The notes: a model not told the origin generated them from the letters alone. DNA of 44,652 nucleotides from Clostridiales bacterium (GCA_036834305.1 DAITOC010000001.1:1-44652), one strand, 5' to 3'; shown: positions 36,450 to 44,652, numbered from the stretch's first letter. Program-made: numbers and translations.

Positions 36450-36471
36450 GAGCAAGTTATTCGCCGACGGA

Positions 36472-36500
36472 TTGAAAAAGCCCGGAATCCATGCTATACT
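36472..36500 (+). promoter_or_regulatory. Putative sigma-A promoter of the 36585 lipoprotein gene
   Basis: TTGAAA (36472-36477), a 17-nt spacer, then TATACT (36495-36500). It is followed by a leader of about 85 nt. Confidence 0.45.
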
Positions 36501-36584
36501 CTGACGGGGTAAAATACGGTTCCCCGCCGGCGAACGGTTTTTGCCGGGCTGTCGGCCGCCAAGGCGAAGGAGGGTAAAAAAGCA

Positions 36585-37583
36585 GTGTTACGAAAAGTAG
36601 TATGCCCGCTTCTGACGGTTTGCCTGTTTTGCCTGGCGCTCTCCTCCTGCTCTTCAAAAAACGCGTACGCGCTGACTGTCGAAGGCGCCGAAGTGCCGCC
36701 GGAGGTCTACGCGTATTATCTGGATAAGGTTCATTCCAAACCGGCCGCCTACGGCCTCGTGTTGTCGCCCGCCGAAGGCAAGCTTCATGAAAAAGCCGCG
36801 CAGCTTTGCGCCGAATATGTGGCTGTCAATTCGCTGTTTTCTCAGCTGGGAATGAACCTTGGTTTTGAGGACAAAATCTCTGTCTCGCAGGCTGTCAACA
36901 GCCGTTGGCGCCTGTTTTCGCACCACTACGAGACCATCGGCGTCTCAAAGCAGACACTCGCAAAAATCGAGGGCTGCGCCGCTGCTGAAAAGGCCCTTTT
37001 CCTCAAATTCTACGACACGGGCGGCCTGAAAGCGGTCGGCGAGGAAGAGGCGAGGGCTTACTACGAACAAAACTATATCGCCTTCCGGGCGATCAACGGT
37101 TATCTGACCAAAACCGACGAGGACGGCAAAACGGTACCGCTGACAGACACGGAAAAAAACGCCCTCAAGTCCAGGTTTGACGCGATGGCCGTCGATGTGG
37201 CCGACGGGAAAAGTTTCGAATCCGTCGGGCTGGAATTCGCCGCGGAACAGAGTTACTCTCAAGGCAGAAGCGGCACGACGGTGATCAAAAAAGGCGACAA
37301 CTCTTACCCGGAGGGGTTTTACGATGCCGTTGCAGCGTTGAAAACAGGTTTTCCCACGGTGCTCGAGTTCGACGGCTACCTCTTCCTTGTCGTCAGGGAA
37401 GAGCCGTTCGGCAATGAAGAGGCGACCTACAACGAGTACCGCGCGGAATGTTTGAAGGCGCTGAAAGGCGACGAATTTGACGAGGATATCGCGAAACACG
37501 CCTCGGCGTACCCGGTCACCGAAAACGACAGGGTAATCCGGCAGGTGAGCAAAAAGGTGCTCGGTCCGGAGACGTCGCGGTGA
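36585..37583 (+). CDS. Lipoprotein, SurA-N/PrsA-N-terminal-like chaperone domain (no PPIase motif recognised)
   Basis: GTG start behind GAAGGAGGG and a lipobox (LALSSC). The protein is helical and Glu/Ala-rich, with LTVEGAEVPPEVYAYYL-type openings seen in PrsA/SurA-N-like proteins. The function is tentative. Confidence 0.45.
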   Translation: MLRKVVCPLLTVCLFCLALSSCSSKNAYALTVEGAEVPPEVYAYYLDKVHSKPAAYGLVLSPAEGKLHEKAAQLCAEYVAVNSLFSQLGMNLGFEDKISVSQAVNSRWRLFSHHYETIGVSKQTLAKIEGCAAAEKALFLKFYDTGGLKAVGEEEARAYYEQNYIAFRAINGYLTKTDEDGKTVPLTDTEKNALKSRFDAMAVDVADGKSFESVGLEFAAEQSYSQGRSGTTVIKKGDNSYPEGFYDAVAALKTGFPTVLEFDGYLFLVVREEPFGNEEATYNEYRAECLKALKGDEFDEDIAKHASAYPVTENDRVIRQVSKKVLGPETSR

Positions 37584-37633
37584 AGACAGAAAAAGAGGCG
37601 GGCGCTCGGCGCCCGCCTCTTTACATTTCCGCG

Positions 37634-38467
37634 CTAAGCGGCCGTATCAAGCATATATTCCCGCAGTGTCATGTTAAACCGCTTCGGCCCGATATCCATG
37701 ACGTAAAACACCGGCCCGCCGGGCGAAGGCAAAACGGTCAAACTTTCCGCCTCGTTTTCGGGGTTGACATTGCGGCGGAACGCCACGGCCGCCTCGCCCG
37801 TTTCCGGGTTGAGGGAATACACCGTTTTGGTGCCGAAATCGTCGGAAAGATAAAGAATGCCGTCATACATCACGGCGCCTTGAATGCGGTCGAGCGTCAT
37901 GGAAAGCGGAACGGTTTTGACAAAGCGCATATCCACGAGGGAAAACACGTTGAGCGCCTTAGCGTTCGACCACTCGGCCGTGTACAGGTATCCCCGTTCG
38001 GCGTCGACGGCGCACCAGGGCACGCCCTCGATATGCAGTTCCCGGGGCAGTTCGTAACACACGCCGGTGTAGCGTAAAGTTTCGGCGTCGAACAGCGCGA
38101 TATACGGGTGCAAATAATCGGGCCCGTCCTCGATGGGGGCATAAATCGTCCCGTCATAATACGCGATGCCGCCGATGTGATTGCCGCCCTTCAGCAGCAG
38201 CGCGGGCGGAATGGCCAAGGGATTTTCGGCGACGGTTTTGTTCGTTTCGATGTCGGTTTTGTTGAGGAAATAGTTGCCGCTGAAATAGAAGAACTGCCCG
38301 TCCGTCGCGACACCCTGCCCGCGCGTGAGCGCTTCGAACAATAAATAGGAGCGGCTGCCGGTCAGGCGGGCGCCTTCGGGTTTTCCCTGGGGGTTATCCG
38401 CCGCGGCGGCAACCAGCAAAAGCACGGCGGTGAGCAGACTCCACCATTTTTTCAAAGCAAACGGCAT
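37634..38467 (-). CDS. Secreted/membrane-anchored hypothetical protein (beta-rich, propeller-like)
   Basis: ORF 37634..38491 (TTG). The ATG at 38467 (MPFALKKWWSLLTAVLLLVAAAA) has an AGAGGG RBS. Repeated G-x-x-Y/F-x-S/T beta-strand motifs are present (DGQFFYFSG, DGTIYAP, RGYLYTAEW, DGILYLSDD). I did not recognise a family. Confidence 0.45.
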   Translation of the reverse strand: MPFALKKWWSLLTAVLLLVAAAADNPQGKPEGARLTGSRSYLLFEALTRGQGVATDGQFFYFSGNYFLNKTDIETNKTVAENPLAIPPALLLKGGNHIGGIAYYDGTIYAPIEDGPDYLHPYIALFDAETLRYTGVCYELPRELHIEGVPWCAVDAERGYLYTAEWSNAKALNVFSLVDMRFVKTVPLSMTLDRIQGAVMYDGILYLSDDFGTKTVYSLNPETGEAAVAFRRNVNPENEAESLTVLPSPGGPVFYVMDIGPKRFNMTLREYMLDTAA

Positions 38468-38705
38468 GGCCGGCGCCCTCTTTCGTTTCAAAATCGCAGT
38501 TGTGTTTGTATGCTATCACAACGCCCGCATTCCGTCAACGGCGCTGCAGGCGATAAGGCAACGGCGGGGGCGGTTAAACAGGAATAAATTGAGGCTTTGC
38601 CTTGAAAAAGCGCGGGCGCTGTGTTACGCTTAACTCGAACGCGAATACCGGCGGCGCGGGGTTTTACCCGCTTTTCCGTAAAAACGCCAAAGAGGGGTTT
38701 TAACG

Positions 38706-40115
38706 ATGGAATATACCTGCGAATGCGGCTGTTACCCGACCATTATCATCCCGGGTATCGGTGACTGCAAGGCTTTTGAGGTCGACGAAAAGGGGGACCG
38801 GCTTCGGAAGGCCTGGCCGCCGGACATTGACGCCGCGGCAACAAAGAAACTCAAGAACGCCCTGATCGGCCCCGCGCTGCGGATGATGCTGTTCCGGCGG
38901 GATATGGGTTTCTCGAAAAGGGCGGGCGAAGCGATCGCGGAGGCCCTCGATGTTCTTTCGAGTTACCCGGACGGCACCTTTAAGCATAAGATTGAGGTTG
39001 AAACCTACGACGGGCCCCTTTCGGAACTCAAAGAGGAAGACCGCAAATTTATATACCGGATGCTCCCCTTCAAACCCCTCGCGGACACCATCGGGGAAGA
39101 CCATGTGTTTTATTTCGCGTTCACGCCCATCGGCAACACAAAGGACACCGTCGGCCGCCTTCGCGACTTCATCAAGATGGCGAAGAAAAAATCCGGCCAT
39201 GACAAGGTCAACCTCGCGTCGGTCAGCCTGGGGGGAACCATCACCACGGCGTACCTTGACACCTACGGGGACGACGGCGACATCCACCGCGTGGTCGGCC
39301 TCGTGCCGGCGTTCGACGGCTCCGTCATTGTGTCAGATATTATGAAAGGCGAAGTTGCCTGGGAGGATTACGAAACCCTGTTCAAGGAGCTTCTCGGCGG
39401 AAAACAAGCGGAAAAAGTCAACAAGATCGCGGCGTATATCCCCAAAAAGGTTATCGGAAAGTTTGTCCTTTCCATTATCGACGCGTTCGTGAAAACCGCC
39501 ATTATCAACTCCTCGACGATGTGGGGGCTCGTCCCGGCGGCCGAATACCCGATGCTGAGCGAAAAATACCTCTCAGACCCTGCCCACAAAAAACTGAAGG
39601 AAGAAACGGACCGCTATTGGCGCGTGCGCGCGGATTTCCCCGCCCTGGTCGCCAAAGGCGGGGATCGCGGCGTCGAGTTCTTCAGCCTGTGCGGCTACAA
39701 CAAGCAGCTTTTTAAAGCCGTCAATTCCTCAAAGGTCAGTTCGGACATGGTCGTCCATACCGCGTCGTGCTCGATGGGCGCCCATATCGCGCCTCTCGGC
39801 GAAACGCTCGGGGCCGGTTACAAGCAGCAAAACCTCCGCTGCGCCGACCCGGCGCACAACCATTTGTCGACGGACAACATGGTCGACGCCTCCTGCGGGG
39901 CGATGCCGGACACAACCTGGTATTTCCGCGATATGGAGCACGAGGAGGCCGCCGTCAACGCCACGCTTTTGGAAATCGCCTATACCCTGCTGAAAGACGA
40001 CAGCCTCGGCGGTGTTTTCGACAACCCCGTTTATCCGCAGTTCAGCCGGTTTGTCAAAGAAGAAAAGCGCTCGGTGCCCTTGACCGCGGCGGAAGTCAGC
40101 CCGGCGAAGGCCTGA
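38706..40115 (+). CDS. Lipase-like alpha/beta-hydrolase, paralog 1 (cytoplasmic, short form)
   Basis: No signal peptide. The N-terminus is MEYTCECGCYPTIIIPGIGDC (Cys cluster + oxyanion-strand-like IIPGIG). The nucleophile-elbow-like motif is NLASVSLGG, the Asp candidate is SSDMVVH and the His candidate is DPAHNHLS. It is collinear with the two downstream paralogs. Confidence 0.6.
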   Translation: MEYTCECGCYPTIIIPGIGDCKAFEVDEKGDRLRKAWPPDIDAAATKKLKNALIGPALRMMLFRRDMGFSKRAGEAIAEALDVLSSYPDGTFKHKIEVETYDGPLSELKEEDRKFIYRMLPFKPLADTIGEDHVFYFAFTPIGNTKDTVGRLRDFIKMAKKKSGHDKVNLASVSLGGTITTAYLDTYGDDGDIHRVVGLVPAFDGSVIVSDIMKGEVAWEDYETLFKELLGGKQAEKVNKIAAYIPKKVIGKFVLSIIDAFVKTAIINSSTMWGLVPAAEYPMLSEKYLSDPAHKKLKEETDRYWRVRADFPALVAKGGDRGVEFFSLCGYNKQLFKAVNSSKVSSDMVVHTASCSMGAHIAPLGETLGAGYKQQNLRCADPAHNHLSTDNMVDASCGAMPDTTWYFRDMEHEEAAVNATLLEIAYTLLKDDSLGGVFDNPVYPQFSRFVKEEKRSVPLTAAEVSPAKA

Positions 40116-40148
40116 CCGCCGGCAAGGGCCCGAAGACCCCGGCGGCAG

Positions 40149-40178
40149 TTGACATTGGCGGCCGTTTTGAATTACAAT
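40149..40178 (+). promoter_or_regulatory. Putative sigma-A promoter of paralog 2
   Basis: TTGACA (40149-40154), an 18-nt spacer, then TACAAT (40173-40178). Confidence 0.4.
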
Positions 40179-40270
40179 AGATATTGGCGACCGGCGCCGT
40201 TTACCCGCTTCAAAACCGGAATGTTTACCCGGTTTTTTATAATCAAAATTTAAGAAACGGGGCTTGCGCG

Positions 40271-42220
40271 ATGAAAAAGAATTGTTTGAGGCTGACATCC
40301 GTTTTGCTCTCTCTCGCCATGGTATTTTCCGCCGTGGTGTTGAGCGCCGGCAGGCCGGCGTTGCCGGCGGCCGCGGGCGGCGTCGAGGCGAAAGCCGCGA
40401 AAAGCGGCGCGGTTTCGACCGTGTCAACTTTTGAAGAAGCAGCGGAATTGCTGACGGACGGAAAAACGGCACAAGCTCCGGCAGCCGCTAAGGCAAGCAC
40501 GAAAAACAGTGATCCGGCCGGGTGCGGCGGGGACTGCGAGTATTGCCCGAGCATCGTCATCCCCGGCATCGGGCAATCCGATGTCTACCTGCTCGACGAA
40601 AACGGCAACCGCGCCAAGGACGAAGACGGGAACGACATCTCCGCCTGGCCGGTCATGATCGACACCGACTATTTGATCAAGGCTCTTGTTTTGCCATTGG
40701 CTAAAATGCTTATCACGCAGAGGGACGACGGCTTCACCGATTACGCCGCCGAAACGGTCGGGAAGGCGCTCGAAAAAAGCGCGATCGGTTTGGACGCGCA
40801 GCCCGTCAGCAACCTCGAGGTGGTCGACTTTCCGCAAAGCGTGGCGGCCTGCACGCCGGAGGAACGCGATTACATATACAGAACCATCCCGCTGCAGGAC
40901 TATACCAAAGTCGCCGGGGAGGACCATCTCTATTTTCTCGCTTACAACTCCTTCGGCAACCATCTGGACATTGCCGAAGACCTGTATAACATGATTCAGC
41001 AGGTCAAGCGCGAAACCGGCCACAGCAAAGTCAACCTCGTGCCGATAAGCCTTGGCAGCACCGTCTTCAACACGCTGATCCAGGAATATCCCCAGGTCAA
41101 AAACGACCTCAGCGAAGTCGTCTTCATCGTACCGGCTTTGGACGGCTCGAGGCTCGTGGGGGATTTGTACAAAGGCGAACTGAGCACCGATGACGAGATG
41201 CTCTACCGCGACCTTCTTCCCTCTTTGATGGATTACGAATACTATTCCTATCTTATAAACATCGCGATTCGGATTATCCCGAAACAAATCCTGCTTGATC
41301 TTCTTGACAAAATCGTCGCCGAGCTGCGCGACGTCATGCTCGTCAACTGCACCATGCTGTGGGGGCTTGTGCCAAGCGGGGATTACGACGAACTGGCCGA
41401 AAAATACCTGTCGGACGACGCGCACGCCGAAGTGCGGCGGCAGACGGATATTTTCCACCGCGCCCAGGTCAACTCGCGGGCGAACATCCTCGCACTCACC
41501 GGCAGCGGCGTGAGGGTCTACGATGTGGTCGATTACAATTTCCCGCTGTATTCCTTTGTGCCTTCGAGCAAAACGCACAACGGCGATGGCCTGATCCACC
41601 TCGACTCGGAATCCCTCGGCGCGACGAGCGGGCGCATCAACGAACCGCTGCCGGCCGGTTACACGCAGAAGGACACCTATTGTTCGGCGCCCGGGCAGCA
41701 TAACCACATCTCGCCCGACGGCATCGTCGACGCGTCGACCGGCGTTCTGCCCGAAACGACCTTCTATTTCTATAACCAGGACCATGAGGGAACGGGACGC
41801 AACGATGTGATTATGAAACTCGCCACCGAAATTCTGCTGTACGACAACCTCATGGATGTCCATTCGATGCCCGAACGCTTCCCGCAGTTCAATGTCGGCC
41901 GCGAAACGAAGGGGCTGCGCAACGACCTGCTGCCCGCGGCGAAATCGATCGACCAAAGCACATTGAGCGCCGAGGACGCGGCGGAACTCGCCGGTGCCAT
42001 CGCGCAATGCGACGCGATGCTTGAAACCACGGTCGTCGTGTATGAGGAATTTACCTCGTCCGTCGAGCGGCTTGAGAATATTATGATCAAAATCGGGGCA
42101 AGACCGGCGCGGAAGGATGAAACGCCGGGAAAAATCGCCGCGGCCGTGTGCAAACTGCTCAGCGACGCGATGTACAAGTACTACGGCCCGCGCGGGTTTT
42201 CGGATTGGAACCTGAAATAG
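40271..42220 (+). CDS. Lipase-like alpha/beta-hydrolase, paralog 2 (secreted, long form)
   Basis: ORF 40184..42220, with the start at ATG 40271 (MKKNCLRLTSVLLSLAMVFSAVVLSAG, a signal peptide). Motifs are CGGDCEYCPSIVIPGIGQS, NLVPISLGS, NGDGLIHLDS and APGQHNHISPDGIVDAS. An extra ~110-aa C-terminal domain ends in YYGPRGFSDWNLK. Confidence 0.6.
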   Translation: MKKNCLRLTSVLLSLAMVFSAVVLSAGRPALPAAAGGVEAKAAKSGAVSTVSTFEEAAELLTDGKTAQAPAAAKASTKNSDPAGCGGDCEYCPSIVIPGIGQSDVYLLDENGNRAKDEDGNDISAWPVMIDTDYLIKALVLPLAKMLITQRDDGFTDYAAETVGKALEKSAIGLDAQPVSNLEVVDFPQSVAACTPEERDYIYRTIPLQDYTKVAGEDHLYFLAYNSFGNHLDIAEDLYNMIQQVKRETGHSKVNLVPISLGSTVFNTLIQEYPQVKNDLSEVVFIVPALDGSRLVGDLYKGELSTDDEMLYRDLLPSLMDYEYYSYLINIAIRIIPKQILLDLLDKIVAELRDVMLVNCTMLWGLVPSGDYDELAEKYLSDDAHAEVRRQTDIFHRAQVNSRANILALTGSGVRVYDVVDYNFPLYSFVPSSKTHNGDGLIHLDSESLGATSGRINEPLPAGYTQKDTYCSAPGQHNHISPDGIVDASTGVLPETTFYFYNQDHEGTGRNDVIMKLATEILLYDNLMDVHSMPERFPQFNVGRETKGLRNDLLPAAKSIDQSTLSAEDAAELAGAIAQCDAMLETTVVVYEEFTSSVERLENIMIKIGARPARKDETPGKIAAAVCKLLSDAMYKYYGPRGFSDWNLK

Positions 42221-42250
42221 CGGTCAACGGATAGCGGACTCAAGAACAGC

Positions 42251-42282
42251 GGCAGCCGTCACCATTGTGACGGCTGCCTTTC
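42251..42282 (+). terminator. Intrinsic terminator after paralog 2
   Basis: Perfect 12-bp stem GGCAGCCGTCAC (42251-42262) / GTGACGGCTGCC (42267-42278), loop CATT, followed by TTTC. Confidence 0.7.
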
Positions 42283-42370
42283 ATTGAGAAGTTGACTCAT
42301 TTGTCGCGTAACTTTTCACTTGATACTTGCTTTATTCCTGCACAATAAAACCGGATTTCCTGTTTTCCGG

Positions 42371-42400
42371 TTGACGGTTTGAACAGGCAGGGGTTATAAT
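42371..42400 (+). promoter_or_regulatory. Putative sigma-A promoter of paralog 3
   Basis: TTGACG (42371-42376), an 18-nt spacer, then TATAAT (42395-42400). Confidence 0.4.
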
Positions 42401-42478
42401 TTATTGGGTTGACGGTCGGACAAACATCCGGCGAAGCGTCTTTATAAGCCATTGTTTTTTGAAAGGACGTCGTATTCC

Positions 42479-44416
42479 ATGAAAAAGAACCTGCTGCGAT
42501 CAGTCTCCTTGCTGCTGGCGCTTGCGCTTTTCACCTCGGCTGCGGTTTCGGGCACCGGTGTGCGGCTGCTCGGCGGCGCGCCGGCCGCGGCCGTCCTGGC
42601 AAGCGCCGGCAAGGGTGCCGCCACGCCGGCGGTGACGGTTGAGGAAGCGGAGAAAGCCCTGCTTGCGCCGGCTGAGGCAACCCCCGCGGGAGCGAAAAAG
42701 ACGGCCGATGACGGCTGCCTGACCGACTGCGGCGGCCAATGCGGCCATTGCCCGGCTATTGTTATCCACGGCATCGGCCAGTCGGAAGTCTACGCTCTCG
42801 ATGACAACGGCAACCGCATTTTGGATAAAGACGGCAAGGAGGTCACCGCCTGGCCGCCGTATGTCGATATGGACTATGTTACGCAAAGCCTTGCCGCCCC
42901 GCTGGTGAAATCCGTTCTTCTTCAGAGAGACGCCGGCCTTTCGGACAAAGCCGCGGAAGTGATCAACACCGTGTTCGCGCCGTTGTCCACCGGCCCGGAC
43001 GGCAACGCGATAAACAACATCGAGCTTGTCCGTTACCCCTACAGCGTCGCGCGCTGCAGCGAAGCGGAAAAGAGATTCATTTACAGCTGTATGCGCCTGG
43101 ACTTTTTCACGCAGGAAGCCGGCGAGGACCACTTGTATTACTTCGCTTACAACTCCTTTGGCAACAACCTCTCGACGGCCGAGGAATTGTATCAATACAT
43201 TCAACAGGTGAAGCGGGAAACGGGCCACGACAAGGTCAACCTCGTGCCCGTCAGCCTCGGCGGAACCATCGCCAACTCCCTGCTTGAATACTACCCGCAG
43301 GTGTACGACGACCTCAACCGGGTCGTGTTCATCGTGCCGGCTCTCGACGGCAGCAACATCATCGGCGATGTGTACACGGGCAATTTAAGCCTTGACGACC
43401 AAAGCCTTTACCGCGATATGTTCCCGTCGTTTATCGACGGCTATTTGGGCTACCTGATCAACATCCTGTTAAGGCTTCTGCCCAAAAATGTCATTCACGC
43501 CATCCTTGACAAAGCGCTGCCCGCGCTGACGCAGAATGTGCTCGTCAATTGCACCGTTATGTGGAGCCTGGTACCCGACGCCTACTATTCTAAAGCCGTC
43601 GAAATGCACCTTTCGGGGCCCGAACATGCCGAAATCAAACGGCAGACCGACCTGTATCACCAGGCGCAGCTCGATTCCGATGAGAATATTCAAAAGCTTA
43701 TCGACCGCGGCATCGGCGTTTTCGACATCGTCGACTACAACTATCCGCTGTATATGATCGCCGGCTCCTGGGACGAATGCAATTCCGACGGCGTCATTCC
43801 TCTCGATTCCACCTCCATGGGCTCGACATCCGCCCTGCCCGATACGCCGCTGCCCGACGATTACACGCAGCAAAACACCCATTGCTCGAACCCCGCGCAC
43901 AACCATATGTCGCCCGAGCGCATCGTCGACGCCTCGACCGGCTTGCTGCCCGACCACACCTGGTATTTCAAAAACCAGCACCACGAGGGCACGGGGCGCA
44001 ACGACGTCATCATCATGCTCGCGACCGAACTGCTGCTGTCAAACGACATCACCTCCGTGTATTCCTGCCCGGACCGTTACCCGCAGTTTAACGTCGGCCG
44101 CGAGGCGAGGGGCTTCTGGGGGGATATCGCCCAGGCCAAGGGTGTCGACCAAAGCACCCTCGCGCCCGAGGACGCCGCCGAGTTGCAGGCCGCCATCGAG
44201 CAGGCGGAGGCGATGATGAACAACACCGTCGTGGACTATGACGCGTATGAGGCCGCGCGCGCAAGGCTCTTCGCCATCCTGATAAAAATCGGCGTGCGAA
44301 ATCCCCCGGCGGATACCCGCAAGGAGGAAACTTACCTGGTGATATGCAAGTTCCTCAGTGACGCGCTTTATGAGTATTGGGGGCCGAGGGGTTTCTCTGA
44401 CTGGGGCTTGCGCTGA
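42479..44416 (+). CDS. Lipase-like alpha/beta-hydrolase, paralog 3 (secreted, long form)
   Basis: ORF 42452..44416, with the start at ATG 42479 (MKKNLLRSVSLLLALALFTSAAVSG) behind GAAAGGA. Motifs are CLTDCGGQCGHCPAIVIHGIGQS, NLVPVSLGG, NSDGVIPLDS and NPAHNHMSPERIVDAS. The C-terminal domain ends in YWGPRGFSDWGLR. Confidence 0.6.
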   Translation: MKKNLLRSVSLLLALALFTSAAVSGTGVRLLGGAPAAAVLASAGKGAATPAVTVEEAEKALLAPAEATPAGAKKTADDGCLTDCGGQCGHCPAIVIHGIGQSEVYALDDNGNRILDKDGKEVTAWPPYVDMDYVTQSLAAPLVKSVLLQRDAGLSDKAAEVINTVFAPLSTGPDGNAINNIELVRYPYSVARCSEAEKRFIYSCMRLDFFTQEAGEDHLYYFAYNSFGNNLSTAEELYQYIQQVKRETGHDKVNLVPVSLGGTIANSLLEYYPQVYDDLNRVVFIVPALDGSNIIGDVYTGNLSLDDQSLYRDMFPSFIDGYLGYLINILLRLLPKNVIHAILDKALPALTQNVLVNCTVMWSLVPDAYYSKAVEMHLSGPEHAEIKRQTDLYHQAQLDSDENIQKLIDRGIGVFDIVDYNYPLYMIAGSWDECNSDGVIPLDSTSMGSTSALPDTPLPDDYTQQNTHCSNPAHNHMSPERIVDASTGLLPDHTWYFKNQHHEGTGRNDVIIMLATELLLSNDITSVYSCPDRYPQFNVGREARGFWGDIAQAKGVDQSTLAPEDAAELQAAIEQAEAMMNNTVVDYDAYEAARARLFAILIKIGVRNPPADTRKEETYLVICKFLSDALYEYWGPRGFSDWGLR

Positions 44417-44438
44417 CTCATTAATAATTTTAAAAAAC

Positions 44439-44474
44439 CGGTGCGGCTGTTTACTCGGCCGTACCGATTTTTTT
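44439..44474 (+). terminator. Intrinsic terminator after paralog 3
   Basis: CGGTGCGGC (44439-44447) pairs with GCCGTACCG (44458-44466), including one G-U pair. It is followed by TTTTTTT (44468-44474). Confidence 0.7.
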
Positions 44475-44564
44475 ACCGCACACAGATTATAAAATTTGTG
44501 TTTGAAAAGTTGGAGGGATGTTTGCCTGCTTTCTGTTATTTTTAAGCCATAACAAAAAATTCTA

Positions 44565-44593
44565 TTGACATACGGGAATTTATATGGTATAAT
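44565..44593 (+). promoter_or_regulatory. Near-consensus sigma-A promoter (extended -10) for the gene starting at the window edge
   Basis: TTGACA (44565-44570), a 17-nt spacer, then TGgTATAAT (-10 at 44588-44593). Confidence 0.55.
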
Positions 44594-44638
44594 ATGGAAG
44601 AAAGGTCAGAAGACGATTTTTTTAGGACGAATTTTGTC

Positions 44639-44652
44639 ATGAAAAAGACAGG
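44639..44652 (+). CDS. Possible 5' end of a CDS (MKKT...), truncated by the window
   Basis: ATG at 44639 lies about 45 nt downstream of the strong promoter. Only four codons are visible and the RBS (AGGACG) is weak. Confidence 0.25.

Noticed and set aside
39850-39875. The H-N-H tripeptide conserved in all three paralogs (PAHNHLS, GQHNHIS, PAHNHMS) could hint at an HNH nuclease.
   Set aside because: There is no beta-beta-alpha-Me context and no flanking Cys/His zinc ligands in the HNH arrangement. The position fits the catalytic-His loop of an alpha/beta-hydrolase much better.
40521-40545. A CxxxCxxC motif (CGGDCEYC in paralog 2, CGGQCGHC in paralog 3, about 42730-42753) matches the radical-SAM [4Fe-4S] binding spacing.
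   Set aside because: The motif sits in Sec-exported proteins directly upstream of a lipase-type strand. Paralog 1 has CxCxC instead. No other radical-SAM features (GGE motif, TIM-barrel-length core) are apparent. Disulfides or a structural metal site are more likely.

Overview
High-GC (about 60%) chromosomal segment from a spore-forming Firmicute, probably Clostridia (Oscillospiraceae/Ruminococcaceae-like). Supporting signs are spoVT, a mecA-like adaptor, the SRP-RNA-dnaX-ybaB-recR synteny, AGGAGG ribosome-binding sites and frequent TTG/GTG starts. Most of the window is housekeeping. In order it holds a heterodimeric ABC exporter, a GH43 enzyme, a LysM-CAP protein, the folE-folP-folB-folK pterin operon fused behind two envelope genes, GH13 and DUF4015 hydrolases, rpe, ahcY and tRNA-Arg(CCU). 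These are followed by SRP RNA, dnaX-ybaB-recR, dnaN-yaaA-recF, spoVT, a GH16 + GPH-symporter pair and pgk-tpiA-gpmI. No CRISPR array, rRNA, transposase or integrase was seen. Six regions deserve a second look. (1) 38.7-44.4 kb: three tandem diverged paralogs of a lipase-like alpha/beta-hydrolase with an N-terminal Cys cluster; one is cytoplasmic and short, two are secreted and carry a conserved extra C-terminal domain. (2) 14.6-17.5 kb: an orphan RnfD/RnfE/RnfA-like membrane-only trio lacking RnfC/G/B and apparently most Fe-S ligands, co-transcribed with two glycosidases. (3) 15.3-15.65 kb: 87-bp in-frame tandem repeats that form a long acidic tail on the RnfE-like protein. (4) 25.35-25.58 kb: an oriC/DnaA-trio-like element upstream of a dnaN that is not preceded by dnaA. 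(5) 20.75-22.4 kb: a lone PcfJ-like zinc-ribbon gene wedged between the tRNA and the SRP RNA. (6) 28.8-30.25 kb: an AT-richer AbiEi/AbiEii toxin-antitoxin insertion. All functional calls come from motif recognition by eye and recall of family consensus. No database search was run.
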